IMG/VR virus record: IMGVR_UViG_3300020042_000436
Location: 1-38,253 of that record
Direction: 5' to 3' (one strand)
Source of the DNA: a virus
Lineage: Duplodnaviria; Caudoviricetes
Length of the DNA stretch: 38,253 nucleotides
Position numbers and translations under genes: made by a program. Each line of letters opens with the position of its first letter. The stretch's first letter is position 1. The notes beneath the pieces were generated by a model. That model was given only the letters and a program-made list of their open reading frames with translations, ran no database searches and was not told the DNA's origin. Shown piece after piece: positions 1 through 7,358 of this stretch.

Positions 1-698
1 AGGAAGCATGGACTGCCCGATACAACCACGAAACCATTGCTTTGGGTTTCTCGCTGACCGAAGAGGCCATCGAGGACAACTTGTACGACAGCTTGTCTGC
101 TCGTTACACCAAAGCTCTGGCGCGTGCTATGGCTTACACCAAGCAAGTTAAAGCTGCTGCTGTTCTAAACAACGGTTTCAGTTCAGCTTTTCCCGGTGGT
201 GATGGTGTTGCTCTTTTTAGCAATGCACACCCATTGGTGTCTGGCGGTACCAACAGCAACGTCCCATCTACCCCAGCCGATTTGAACGAGACTTCCTTGG
301 AAGCCGCCGTCATTCAAATTTCTCTGTGGACAGATGAGCGCGGTCTGTTGATTGCTTCTAAACCTAGCAAGCTAGTGGTTCCACCTTCATTGCAGTTCGT
401 TGCAACTCGTTTGCTGGAAACTGAACTCCGCGTTAGCACTGCTGACAACGATATCAATGCGTTGAAGAACAATGGTTCAATCCCCGGTGGATATACCATT
501 AACCACTTCTTGACCGACACTAACGCTTGGTTCCTCTGCACTGACGTGCCTAACGGTATGAAGCACTTTGTGCGTTCGCCGCTGGCTCAGTCGATGGATG
601 GTGATTTTGACACGGGCAACGTCCGCTACAAGTCTCGTGAGCGTTACAGCTTTGGCTTCTCAGACCCGCTGGGTATGTTTGGCTCTGCTGGTGCTTAA
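1..698 (+). CDS. Major capsid protein (Mu gpT-like, HK97 fold), 5'-truncated by the window edge
   Basis: The frame is open from base 3 (EAWTARYNHETIALGFSLTEEAIEDNLYD...). It contains GGDGVALF..HP, 'LVVPPSL', 'NHFLTDTNAWF' and C-terminal 'DFDTGNVRYKSRERYSFGFSDP', which are typical of this capsid family. A strong terminator follows. Confidence 0.9.
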   Translation, partial: EAWTARYNHETIALGFSLTEEAIEDNLYDSLSARYTKALARAMAYTKQVKAAAVLNNGFSSAFPGGDGVALFSNAHPLVSGGTNSNVPSTPADLNETSLEAAVIQISLWTDERGLLIASKPSKLVVPPSLQFVATRLLETELRVSTADNDINALKNNGSIPGGYTINHFLTDTNAWFLCTDVPNGMKHFVRSPLAQSMDGDFDTGNVRYKSRERYSFGFSDPLGMFGSAGA

Positions 699-767
699 TA
701 GGACAGTCGCTTAACTGTGCGCGACTTTAAAGGACTGAAACAGCGAGGGGGTGAGAAACCCCCTACT

Positions 768-795
768 AAGGCTCCTTCGGGAGCCTTTTTTATTT
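768..795 (+). terminator. Rho-independent terminator after the capsid gene
   Basis: AAGGCTCC-TTCG-GGAGCCTT (8-bp stem, C(UUCG)G loop) followed by TTTTATTT. Confidence 0.9.
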
Positions 796-796
796 G

Positions 797-825
797 TTGC
801 ATACCCCCAAAAGTTGTGCTATATT
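797..825 (+). promoter_or_regulatory. Sigma70-type promoter with extended -10
   Basis: TTGCAT (797-802), 17-nt spacer, TG at 817-818, TATATT (820-825), directly after the terminator. Confidence 0.6.
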
Positions 826-830
826 GCTTT

Positions 831-907
831 TACTCCGGGCTTTCCGGTGCATTAGACAGCCCCGGCTGACGACATACAGACTAATGCACTTCACTTGTAT
901 GTAAGGA
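831..907 (+). ncRNA. Pseudoknotted structured RNA downstream of the capsid gene (possibly the Mu-gpT-DE motif)
   Basis: Three interleaved pairings: CCGGG 835-839/CCCGG 861-865, GTGCATTAG 847-855/CTAATGCAC 881-889 and ACATACA 872-878/TGTATGT 896-902. The location fits the described Mu-gpT downstream element; the identity is not verified. Confidence 0.6.
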
Positions 908-913
908 AAAATC

Positions 914-1375
914 ATGGCATCAACCACCTTCTCCGGCCCGGTTACGTCTACCAACGGCTTTATTGGCGCTCTTACGGGCAATGTTACGGGCAACATTGCA
1001 GGAACTGGCAGCACCACGCACGCTACGACCTCCGCAATCAACGCCACTGCAACAGCCACCGCTGCTGAAGTTGCTACTGGCTACATCACCTCCACCTCTG
1101 TTGGAACAGTCTCCATCACGCTGCCAACCGGCACGTTGCTTGGCGCAGCACTGGGAGCGGCTAAAGGCACAATTTTTGACCTGTACATTGACAACACTGG
1201 CGGCGCAAGCTCGGTGAGTATTGTCGCGGCGGTTAATGGTATCTTGTCTACAGCAGGCGTTGACACCCCCGGCTCATTTGGTGACTTGACGATTGCTGCT
1301 GGTGTGACAGGCTTGGCCCGTTTCACGCTGATGTTCTCTAGCGCAACAGCCTACGTGTTTACACGCACAGCTTAA
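914..1375 (+). CDS. Virion structural protein, probable capsid decoration/cement protein
   Basis: RBS AAGGA; 153 aa, Thr/Ala/Gly-rich and beta-like; N-terminal 'TTFSGPV' is common in genes following this capsid type. Confidence 0.6.
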   Translation: MASTTFSGPVTSTNGFIGALTGNVTGNIAGTGSTTHATTSAINATATATAAEVATGYITSTSVGTVSITLPTGTLLGAALGAAKGTIFDLYIDNTGGASSVSIVAAVNGILSTAGVDTPGSFGDLTIAAGVTGLARFTLMFSSATAYVFTRTA

Positions 1376-1409
1376 TCTTCGGGGGCAACCCCACAACTGG
1401 AGATTGACT

Positions 1410-1688
1410 ATGATGCAAACAGACGTAAAAAGCGGCGCGGCGGCAGCTAGTGCAACTACCACTATTTTTGCTGGCCCAGCCCGTATCAAGGGTTTGACCA
1501 TTAGCTACCCATCAGGCGGGACAGTTGTTCTCAATGATGGTACAGGCGGCACTGCTAGGTTCTCCTTTACTGCGCCAGCCGCAATTGGATCAATCTATGT
1601 TGCGATTCCCGGAGAAGGTATTAGGTGCGATGTAAATATTTCAGCAGTTTGTGCTGCGTCTACAACCGCAGTAGTGTTTTATGGCTAG
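1410..1688 (+). CDS. Small virion structural protein (hypothetical)
   Basis: RBS GGAG at 1399-1402 favours ATG 1410; beta-rich, ends 'IPGEGIRC...VVFYG'. Confidence 0.7.
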   Translation: MMQTDVKSGAAAASATTTIFAGPARIKGLTISYPSGGTVVLNDGTGGTARFSFTAPAAIGSIYVAIPGEGIRCDVNISAVCAASTTAVVFYG

Positions 1689-1923
1689 CGCAGCATGGAC
1701 ACGCAAAGAAGGCAAGAATCCAGAGGGCGGCTTGAACGCCAAGGGTCGGGCCTCCGCGAAAGCACAAGGCATGAATTTGAAACGGCCCCAGCCCGAGGGC
1801 GGCTCCCGGCGCGACTCTTTTTGCGCAAGGATGTCTGGAATGAAGAAAAAGCTAACATCCGCAAAAACAGCGAACGACCCAAATTCACGGATTAATAAAT
1901 CTTTGAGATCATGGAACTGTTGA
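1681..1923 (+). CDS. Small basic conserved phage protein (DUF6321-like)
   Basis: 'WTRKEGKNPEGGLNAKGRAS...RRDSFCARM...DPNSRINKSLRSWNC' is a recurring phage protein pattern; overlaps the upstream stop. Confidence 0.7.
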   Translation: MASAAWTRKEGKNPEGGLNAKGRASAKAQGMNLKRPQPEGGSRRDSFCARMSGMKKKLTSAKTANDPNSRINKSLRSWNC

Positions 1924-1924
1924 C

Positions 1925-2173
1925 ATGGACGAAAAAGATATCATGACCGCCCGTGAATTAGCTACGCATGCGTCTGACATCAGGCACTTGCAGGATGATA
2001 TGGACAAGATGCTGGAGAACATGAAAGCTATGCAGGCAACGCTGACCGCGATTGATAAAACGCTGTCTGAGGCCCGTGGTGGCTGGAAGGCTTTAATGCT
2101 GGTTGGCGGGGCCAGTAGCGTTGTAGGCGCAGGCTTAGTTCAACTTATTAATTGGTACGCAGGGGGCAAGTGA
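1925..2173 (+). CDS. Coiled-coil protein with a C-terminal TM helix (XhlA/holin-like membrane protein)
   Basis: Heptad-rich N-terminus followed by hydrophobic 'WKALMLVGGASSVVGAGLVQLINW'. Confidence 0.55.
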   Translation: MDEKDIMTARELATHASDIRHLQDDMDKMLENMKAMQATLTAIDKTLSEARGGWKALMLVGGASSVVGAGLVQLINWYAGGK

Positions 2174-2559
2174 TGCCCAGTACGAGCAAGAAACAGCACA
2201 ATTTCATGGCAGCAATTGCGAATAACCCCGCATTTGCCAAAAAAGTAGGAGTCCCACAGTCTGTGGGAAAAGATTTTAACGAGGCCGACAAAGGCCGTAA
2301 ATTTTCAAAAGGTGGTGATACTATGATGTCAAAAATGGGTAAACCTGTGATGAAAAAAGGTATGAGCACGGCTAAAGATGGCATGAAGAAGCCTACGCCT
2401 ATGGCTGATACCGCAATGATGAAAAAAGGTGGCATGCCTATGAAAATGAAAGACGGCAAGAAAGTGCCTATCTTCATGGCTAAAGGCGGCGGCATTGAAG
2501 CCAAGGGTAAAACCAAAGGCAAGATGATCACGATGAAGAGTGGCGGCAGAACCTGCTAA
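2173..2559 (+). CDS. Small Lys/Met-rich protein, putative internal virion protein
   Basis: ATG overlaps the upstream TGA (TGATG); MPSTSKKQHNFMAA...; four xxxGG motifs. Confidence 0.75.
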   Translation: MPSTSKKQHNFMAAIANNPAFAKKVGVPQSVGKDFNEADKGRKFSKGGDTMMSKMGKPVMKKGMSTAKDGMKKPTPMADTAMMKKGGMPMKMKDGKKVPIFMAKGGGIEAKGKTKGKMITMKSGGRTC

Positions 2560-2568
2560 GGAGCTACT

Positions 2569-2793
2569 ATGGCTGCTGTTAAATACCCCGACTACACCCC
2601 GGTGGACGAGCCTACCTCTAAGGCAAAGCCTACCCCAAAGCCGAAGCCAGCACCGCCCCCTAAACCAGCTACTGATAAGTCAATATACCCTGACTCAGTT
2701 CCGGTTGATGAGCCAGTTAAAAAAATGGCGTCCGGTGGTTCCGCGTCTAGTCGCGCCGATGGCTGCGCCCAGCGTGGTAAAACGAGGGCTTAA
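2569..2793 (+). CDS. Small Pro/Lys-rich protein, putative internal virion protein
   Basis: RBS AAGGAG; internal repeat YPD..PVDEP (x2); C-terminal MASGG..DGCAQRGKTRA. Confidence 0.75.
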   Translation: MAAVKYPDYTPVDEPTSKAKPTPKPKPAPPPKPATDKSIYPDSVPVDEPVKKMASGGSASSRADGCAQRGKTRA

Positions 2794-2795
2794 TC

Positions 2796-3071
2796 ATGCT
2801 TGCTAGTCGTGGTATGGGCGACATCAGCCCCTCAAAAATGCCCGGTGCTAAGAAAAAAGCGCGGCGGGATGACACCGACTTTACGCAGTTCAAAGACGGC
2901 GGCAAGGTCAACGTGGCTGGCAATTACACCAAGCCCGGTCTGCGCAAGCGGGTCGTGAGCCAAGTCAAAGCGGCTGCAACGCAGGGAACCGGAGCAGGCC
3001 AGTGGTCAGCCCGTAAAGCCCAGCTTGTTGCCAAGAAGTACAAAGCAGCCGGAGGAGGCTATCGTGGTTAA
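2796..3071 (+). CDS. Small basic protein with GQWSARKAQ motif (N-terminal half of a DUF5872-like protein)
   Basis: 'NYTKPGLRKR...GQWSARKAQLVAKKYKAAGGGY'. Confidence 0.7.
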   Translation: MLASRGMGDISPSKMPGAKKKARRDDTDFTQFKDGGKVNVAGNYTKPGLRKRVVSQVKAAATQGTGAGQWSARKAQLVAKKYKAAGGGYRG

Positions 3072-3462
3072 AGCAACAGCAGGCGAAAAAAGATTAAATA
3101 AACAGCGGGAGCTTGAATCTGAGAACTTGGACATTGATCAGTTGTCCAAGCAAAACAGTTACCGCTTCAATCTTCCCCGTAAACTGATGCAAGCAGCTAC
3201 GGGCGAGTCCGACTACGGCACTGAACTAAGCCCTGCTGCGGAAAAAGCACGTCAGACCGCGACTCGTGAAAAGTTCCCAAACTACCCTTTGTCGAGCAAA
3301 GGCTACACCAGACAGGATGAGGATGTTCTTCGTGCTGGACGCGAAGCCGCCGCTGAAGAGCGTCGTGAAGCGCGGGGCATGAAAAAAGGCGGCGTGGTTT
3401 CAGCATCCAAACGTGGGGACGGTATTGCCCAGCGCGGTAAGACCAAAGGTCGGATGGTGTAA
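3064..3462 (+). CDS. Small basic protein, putative internal virion protein
   Basis: RBS GGAGG ahead of GTG 3064; C-terminal MKKGG..DGIAQRGKTKGRMV resembles the 2569 protein. Confidence 0.7.
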   Translation: MVKATAGEKRLNKQRELESENLDIDQLSKQNSYRFNLPRKLMQAATGESDYGTELSPAAEKARQTATREKFPNYPLSSKGYTRQDEDVLRAGREAAAEERREARGMKKGGVVSASKRGDGIAQRGKTKGRMV

Positions 3463-3695
3463 TGAAAGCGCCGCAGCAGTCCCTGAAAAACTGGGGCAAA
3501 CAGGATTGGGGAACCAAAAGTGGTAAAAAATCTTCTGATACTGGTGAGCGATACCTTCCAAAAGCTGCGATTAAAAGTCTCAGCCCTGCTGAGTACGCTG
3601 CGACAACGAAAGCCAAACGAGCAGGAAAAGCCGCCGGGAAGCAATTTGTAGCCCAACCTAAAACGATTGCAAAGAAAACGGCAGGATTTAGATAA
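3462..3695 (+). CDS. Small basic protein (C-terminal half of a DUF5872-like protein)
   Basis: 'QSLKNWGKQDWGTKSG...GERYLPKAAIKSLS..EYAATTKAKR'; TAATG coupling at both ends. Confidence 0.7.
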   Translation: MKAPQQSLKNWGKQDWGTKSGKKSSDTGERYLPKAAIKSLSPAEYAATTKAKRAGKAAGKQFVAQPKTIAKKTAGFR

Positions 3696-4627
3696 TGGCT
3701 AAGACCACTGGCACCTCGGCCTTTAACCTTGACATGAACGACCTCATTGAAGAGGCGTTTGAGCGTTGCGGCCAAGAACTTCGCACGGGCTACAACTTCC
3801 GTACTGCGCGGCGTTCGTTGAACCTGCTGACGATTGAGTGGGCAAACCGTGGGCTGAACTTCTGGACTGTAGAGCAAGGCCAGATTCCAATGGTGACGGG
3901 TCAAGCCATCTACCCCATGCCTACGGACACTATCAACCTCCTAGACATGGTAATTCGTCAGAGCAACGGTACGTCAAACCAGATTGATATCAACATCAGC
4001 GATATCTCTGAACCCACGTACATGAGCATTCCAAACAAGTTGGCACAAGGTCGTCCAATCCAAGTTTGGTACAACCGTCAGTCGGGGCAAGAAAATCTTT
4101 CTACAGCCACCCTTAACGGGACGATTACATCTACAGTGACCACAATTACGGTGTCCAACGTAGCGAATTTGACCACATCAGGGTTTATAAAAATTGATAA
4201 CGAGACAATCAGTTATCCCAATGTAGACCCGGTAAACAACCAGTTGATCAACTGTGCCCGTGGACAGAACGGCACAACTGCCGCAGCGCATACTACTGGT
4301 GCGGCTATAACCGTGCAGAACCTGCCAGCAATTAATGTGTGGCCCACCCCGAGTGCTCCCGGCAATCAGTACATGTTTGTGTACTACCGCATGCGCCGTA
4401 TTCAGGACGCTGGCACGGGTGTGACCGTGCAAGATATTCCATTCCGTTTTATCCCCTGCATGGTGGCAGGGTTGGCTTATTTGTTGAGCATGAAGCTACC
4501 AGACATTGACCCTAACCGCGTGGTGGGCCTGAAGGCTGAGTACGAGCAGCAGTGGAGCTTGGCAGAAGCAGGAGACCGGGATACGGCACCATTGAGGTTT
4601 GTGCCAAGGAATCTCTTCTATGCCTAG
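3695..4627 (+). CDS. Head-tail adaptor/connector-type virion protein
   Basis: 'LIEEAFERCG...ARRSLNLLTIEWANRGLNFW' and a helical C-terminus 'IPFRFIPCMVAGLAYLL', as in podovirus adaptor-like proteins; carries a beta-rich insert. Confidence 0.6.
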   Translation: MAKTTGTSAFNLDMNDLIEEAFERCGQELRTGYNFRTARRSLNLLTIEWANRGLNFWTVEQGQIPMVTGQAIYPMPTDTINLLDMVIRQSNGTSNQIDINISDISEPTYMSIPNKLAQGRPIQVWYNRQSGQENLSTATLNGTITSTVTTITVSNVANLTTSGFIKIDNETISYPNVDPVNNQLINCARGQNGTTAAAHTTGAAITVQNLPAINVWPTPSAPGNQYMFVYYRMRRIQDAGTGVTVQDIPFRFIPCMVAGLAYLLSMKLPDIDPNRVVGLKAEYEQQWSLAEAGDRDTAPLRFVPRNLFYA

Positions 4628-5048
4628 TAAATTTGCCTCTGGTAAATATGCAATTGCTGAGTGTGATCGGTGTAGTTTTCGCTTCAAGCTGAAGGAGCTA
4701 AGAACCGAAACAGTTAAGACCAAGCCTTTTAAAATTAAGGTTTGTAGATCGTGTTGGAACCCGGATCAGCCGCAGTTGCAATTGGGTATGTACCCAGTTA
4801 ATGATCCGCAAGCTGTACGTGATCCGCGTCCTGATGTGAGCTACCAAGTTTCTGGTCAGAATGGTCTACAGATTTTGGCTATTGACAGCACGGCCCCAGA
4901 TGGATTTGGGTACCCAGAAGCAGGTAGCCGGGTCTTCCAGTGGGGGTACAAGCCTGTTGGTGGGGCCAGTGGGTTCGACACGTTTTTAACACCAAATAAT
5001 CTGGTGTTGGCGGTAGAATTAGGCACAGTAACGGTAAGCGTAACTTAG
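4620..5048 (+). CDS. Zinc-ribbon virion-associated protein
   Basis: Start MPSKFASGK overlaps the upstream stop; CDRC...CRSC; 'DPQAVRDPRPD'. Confidence 0.7.
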   Translation: MPSKFASGKYAIAECDRCSFRFKLKELRTETVKTKPFKIKVCRSCWNPDQPQLQLGMYPVNDPQAVRDPRPDVSYQVSGQNGLQILAIDSTAPDGFGYPEAGSRVFQWGYKPVGGASGFDTFLTPNNLVLAVELGTVTVSVT

Positions 5049-5057
5049 GAGCTTGAA

Positions 5058-5240
5058 ATGCACAAAGCGGATTTAAAACAGGACAAGAAAATGATGGCTG
5101 GAGCCGTGCATAAGCACGAGAAGAAGCTGCACCCCGGCCAGCCTATGACCAAGCTGGCTAAAGGTGGCAAGACAAATGCCCAGATGAAAGCTCTGGGTCG
5201 TGGTTTGGCTAAAGTAGCTAACCAGAAAAAGAAAGGTTGA
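5058..5240 (+). CDS. Small Lys/His-rich protein
   Basis: RBS AGGAG; 'AVHKHEKKLHPG..LAKGG'. Confidence 0.75.
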   Translation: MHKADLKQDKKMMAGAVHKHEKKLHPGQPMTKLAKGGKTNAQMKALGRGLAKVANQKKKG

Positions 5241-5241
5241 T

Positions 5242-5508
5242 ATGGCTACCTTCAGCAAAAAAGTAATGGGCAAAGAAGTTGGCGATGCCAGCGTCTATGC
5301 GCCACCCCACAATATGAAGGGTGAAGCGGGTGTGGACATCAAGAACAATGGCTATAACGGCGGCAACCGCCTGACTGCTAATGATGTCAATATGTCTGTT
5401 GGCAATATCAGCCGTGACCCGTACAAAGAACCGAAGACAACTGGTATCAAGATTCGCGGTACTGGCGCAGCTATCAAAGGTGTGATGGCTCGGGGGCCAA
5501 TGGCTTGA
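5242..5508 (+). CDS. Small basic protein
   Basis: Tightly packed in the operon; C-terminal 'GIKIRGTGAAIKGVMARGPMA'. Confidence 0.75.
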   Translation: MATFSKKVMGKEVGDASVYAPPHNMKGEAGVDIKNNGYNGGNRLTANDVNMSVGNISRDPYKEPKTTGIKIRGTGAAIKGVMARGPMA

Positions 5509-5509
5509 T

Positions 5510-6208
5510 ATGAATTACGCGCAACTGTTCGATACTATTCAGTCGTATACGGAAAATAATTTTCCAGACTTTATCCTTGCCAGTGGCGGGACAGAGACGA
5601 CTACTGAACAGGTTAACCGTTTTATTCAACAGGCAGAACAGCGTGTATACAACACGGTGCAGTTTCCGTTCTTGCGTAAAAACATGACGGGTAATGTCCA
5701 GTCAGGCAACAAATATCTTCAGGCTCCAAACGACTATCTTGCTAGCTATTCTCTGGCTGTGATAGATGCGTCTGGTAATTACGAGTACCTGTTAAACAAA
5801 GACGTGAACTTCATTCGTCAGGCGTACCCAAACCCCACCACTGATGTAGGGATTCCCAAATACTATGCGTTATTTGGCCCCGCTATTGTTAGTAGCGTAA
5901 TCACGACTGAACTGACGTTTATTCTTGGCCCAACACCTGATGCGGCGTACACAGTCGAGCTTCACTTTTACTACTACCCCGAGTCCATCACGACTGCGGG
6001 TACTTCATGGCTGGGTGATAACTTTGATACGGTGCTGCTGTACGGCTCACTGGTTGAAGCGTACACGTACATGAAAGGCGAAACAGATATGCTTGCTTTG
6101 TACGATGGCAAGTACAAAGAAGCCCTCATGCAAGCTAAACGTCTTGGCGACGGTATGGAGCGGCAGGATGCTTATCGTTCTGGTCAATATAGACAGGCGG
6201 TGACTTAA
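5510..6208 (+). CDS. Adaptor / tail tubular protein A-like
   Basis: 'MNYAQL..IQSYTEN...FIQQAEQRVYN...GIPKYYA...GPTPDAAYTVELHFYYYP...LLYGSLVEAY' pattern of podovirus adaptor proteins. Confidence 0.65.
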   Translation: MNYAQLFDTIQSYTENNFPDFILASGGTETTTEQVNRFIQQAEQRVYNTVQFPFLRKNMTGNVQSGNKYLQAPNDYLASYSLAVIDASGNYEYLLNKDVNFIRQAYPNPTTDVGIPKYYALFGPAIVSSVITTELTFILGPTPDAAYTVELHFYYYPESITTAGTSWLGDNFDTVLLYGSLVEAYTYMKGETDMLALYDGKYKEALMQAKRLGDGMERQDAYRSGQYRQAVT

Positions 6209-6633
6209 TGTCGTTTACGGGTAATTTTTCCTGCAATACGCTACGTGTAGGCATGACTACAGGCACTATCAACTTTGCAACGGACTCGTTCAAATTAGCA
6301 CTGTACACAAACGCGGCAGCACTCGATGAAACCACCGCCACATACACGGCTGTCGGGGAAACATCGGGCGGCAATTACGTAGCTACAGGTCAAGCGGTGA
6401 CTGCTACGGTCAATTACGCGCTAACCGTCAACGGTAGCGTTGCGTATGTTTCGTTCTCTGCTCCTTCATGGACTGGTTCAATCACTGCTCGTGGTGCATT
6501 AATTTATAAAAATGGCGGTACAAATCCCGCTATTTGTGTATTGGATTTTGGCAGCGACAAGATATCTACCAGTACTTTCGCCGTCACAATGCCTGCTGAC
6601 ACGAGTACATCTGCGCTCATTAGACTTGTATAG
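6208..6633 (+). CDS. Tail-associated structural protein (paralog 1)
   Basis: 'DSFKLALYT...GETSGGNYVATG...ITARGALIY...VLDFGSDK...ALIRL'. Confidence 0.7.
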   Translation: MSFTGNFSCNTLRVGMTTGTINFATDSFKLALYTNAAALDETTATYTAVGETSGGNYVATGQAVTATVNYALTVNGSVAYVSFSAPSWTGSITARGALIYKNGGTNPAICVLDFGSDKISTSTFAVTMPADTSTSALIRLV

Positions 6634-6641
6634 GAAAAAAT

Positions 6642-6833
6642 ATGGCACTAGTCACAACCACCAAAGGCGATATGGACGAAGCTCTTCTTGAGAAAAAAGA
6701 AGGCTCAGTTGATAACGACAACGAGTACACAACTTGGGTTGAGTATTGGTTGAAGGGCGAGTTAGTACATCGGTCAGCACATGTTAAATTAAAAAAAGCA
6801 GTAATGCTTTCAAGTTCAGTGGCATCTTTTTAA
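6642..6833 (+). CDS. Small conserved hypothetical phage protein
   Basis: RBS AGGA; 63 aa 'TTTKGDMDEALLEK...WVEYWLKGELVHRS'. Confidence 0.7.
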   Translation: MALVTTTKGDMDEALLEKKEGSVDNDNEYTTWVEYWLKGELVHRSAHVKLKKAVMLSSSVASF

Positions 6834-6842
6834 GGAACTATC

Positions 6843-7334
6843 ATGGCAAATACACAATCAATGTGCACTTCGTTTATGCAACAGCTTATGGTGGGGGAGC
6901 ATCAGCTTGGCACCGCAACGCTTGTTTCGCGCACCAGTTTGACTGCACCAACTACAGATACGCTCAAAGCGGCTTTGTATCTAACAACTGCTACTGTTAA
7001 TGCGGCTACCACTGCATATTCAGCAAGCAATGAAGTGTCTGGTACAGGCTATGTTGCGGGGGGTGTGACGGTAACTAATGCAACAGCGCCTAATTCAACA
7101 AATACAACGGCAACGGCAGGTGTGGCATTTTTTACCCCATCTGCTTCAATCACATATACCACCGTAACTTTGGCTACGGCGTTTGATGCAGTGTTGATTT
7201 ACAACTCTACGCAATCAAACAAGGCAATTAGTGTTCACACCTTTGGATCACAGACTGTGACTGCTGGTACGTTCACGTTGACCATGCCTAGTAATACCAC
7301 CTCTACTGCTCTAATCCGCTTGGCTACAACCTAA
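6843..7334 (+). CDS. Tail-associated structural protein (paralog 2)
   Basis: RBS AAGGA; 'DTLKAALYL...NEVSGTGYVAGG...AVLIYN...FGS...ALIRL', similar to 6208..6633. Confidence 0.7.
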   Translation: MANTQSMCTSFMQQLMVGEHQLGTATLVSRTSLTAPTTDTLKAALYLTTATVNAATTAYSASNEVSGTGYVAGGVTVTNATAPNSTNTTATAGVAFFTPSASITYTTVTLATAFDAVLIYNSTQSNKAISVHTFGSQTVTAGTFTLTMPSNTTSTALIRLATT

Positions 7335-7358
7335 TAGGCTTCGTAAAGGAGCCGGATT

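Noticed and set aside
699-767. tRNA gene or hammerhead/pistol ribozyme
   Set aside because: There is no canonical D-arm/anticodon arm, TTCGA or CCA end, and no CUGANGA...GAAA core or complete pistol pseudoknot. Kept only as an unclassified structure.
1381-1392. GGGG-GCAA-CCCC hairpin as a terminator
   Set aside because: It has only a 4-bp stem and no U-tract; at most a small GNRA stabilising hairpin.
3197-3904. 235-aa minus-strand ORF and the many other antisense ORFs in the track
   Set aside because: They lie opposite well-supported, tightly coupled genes, lack RBSs or recognisable motifs, and are expected shadow ORFs.
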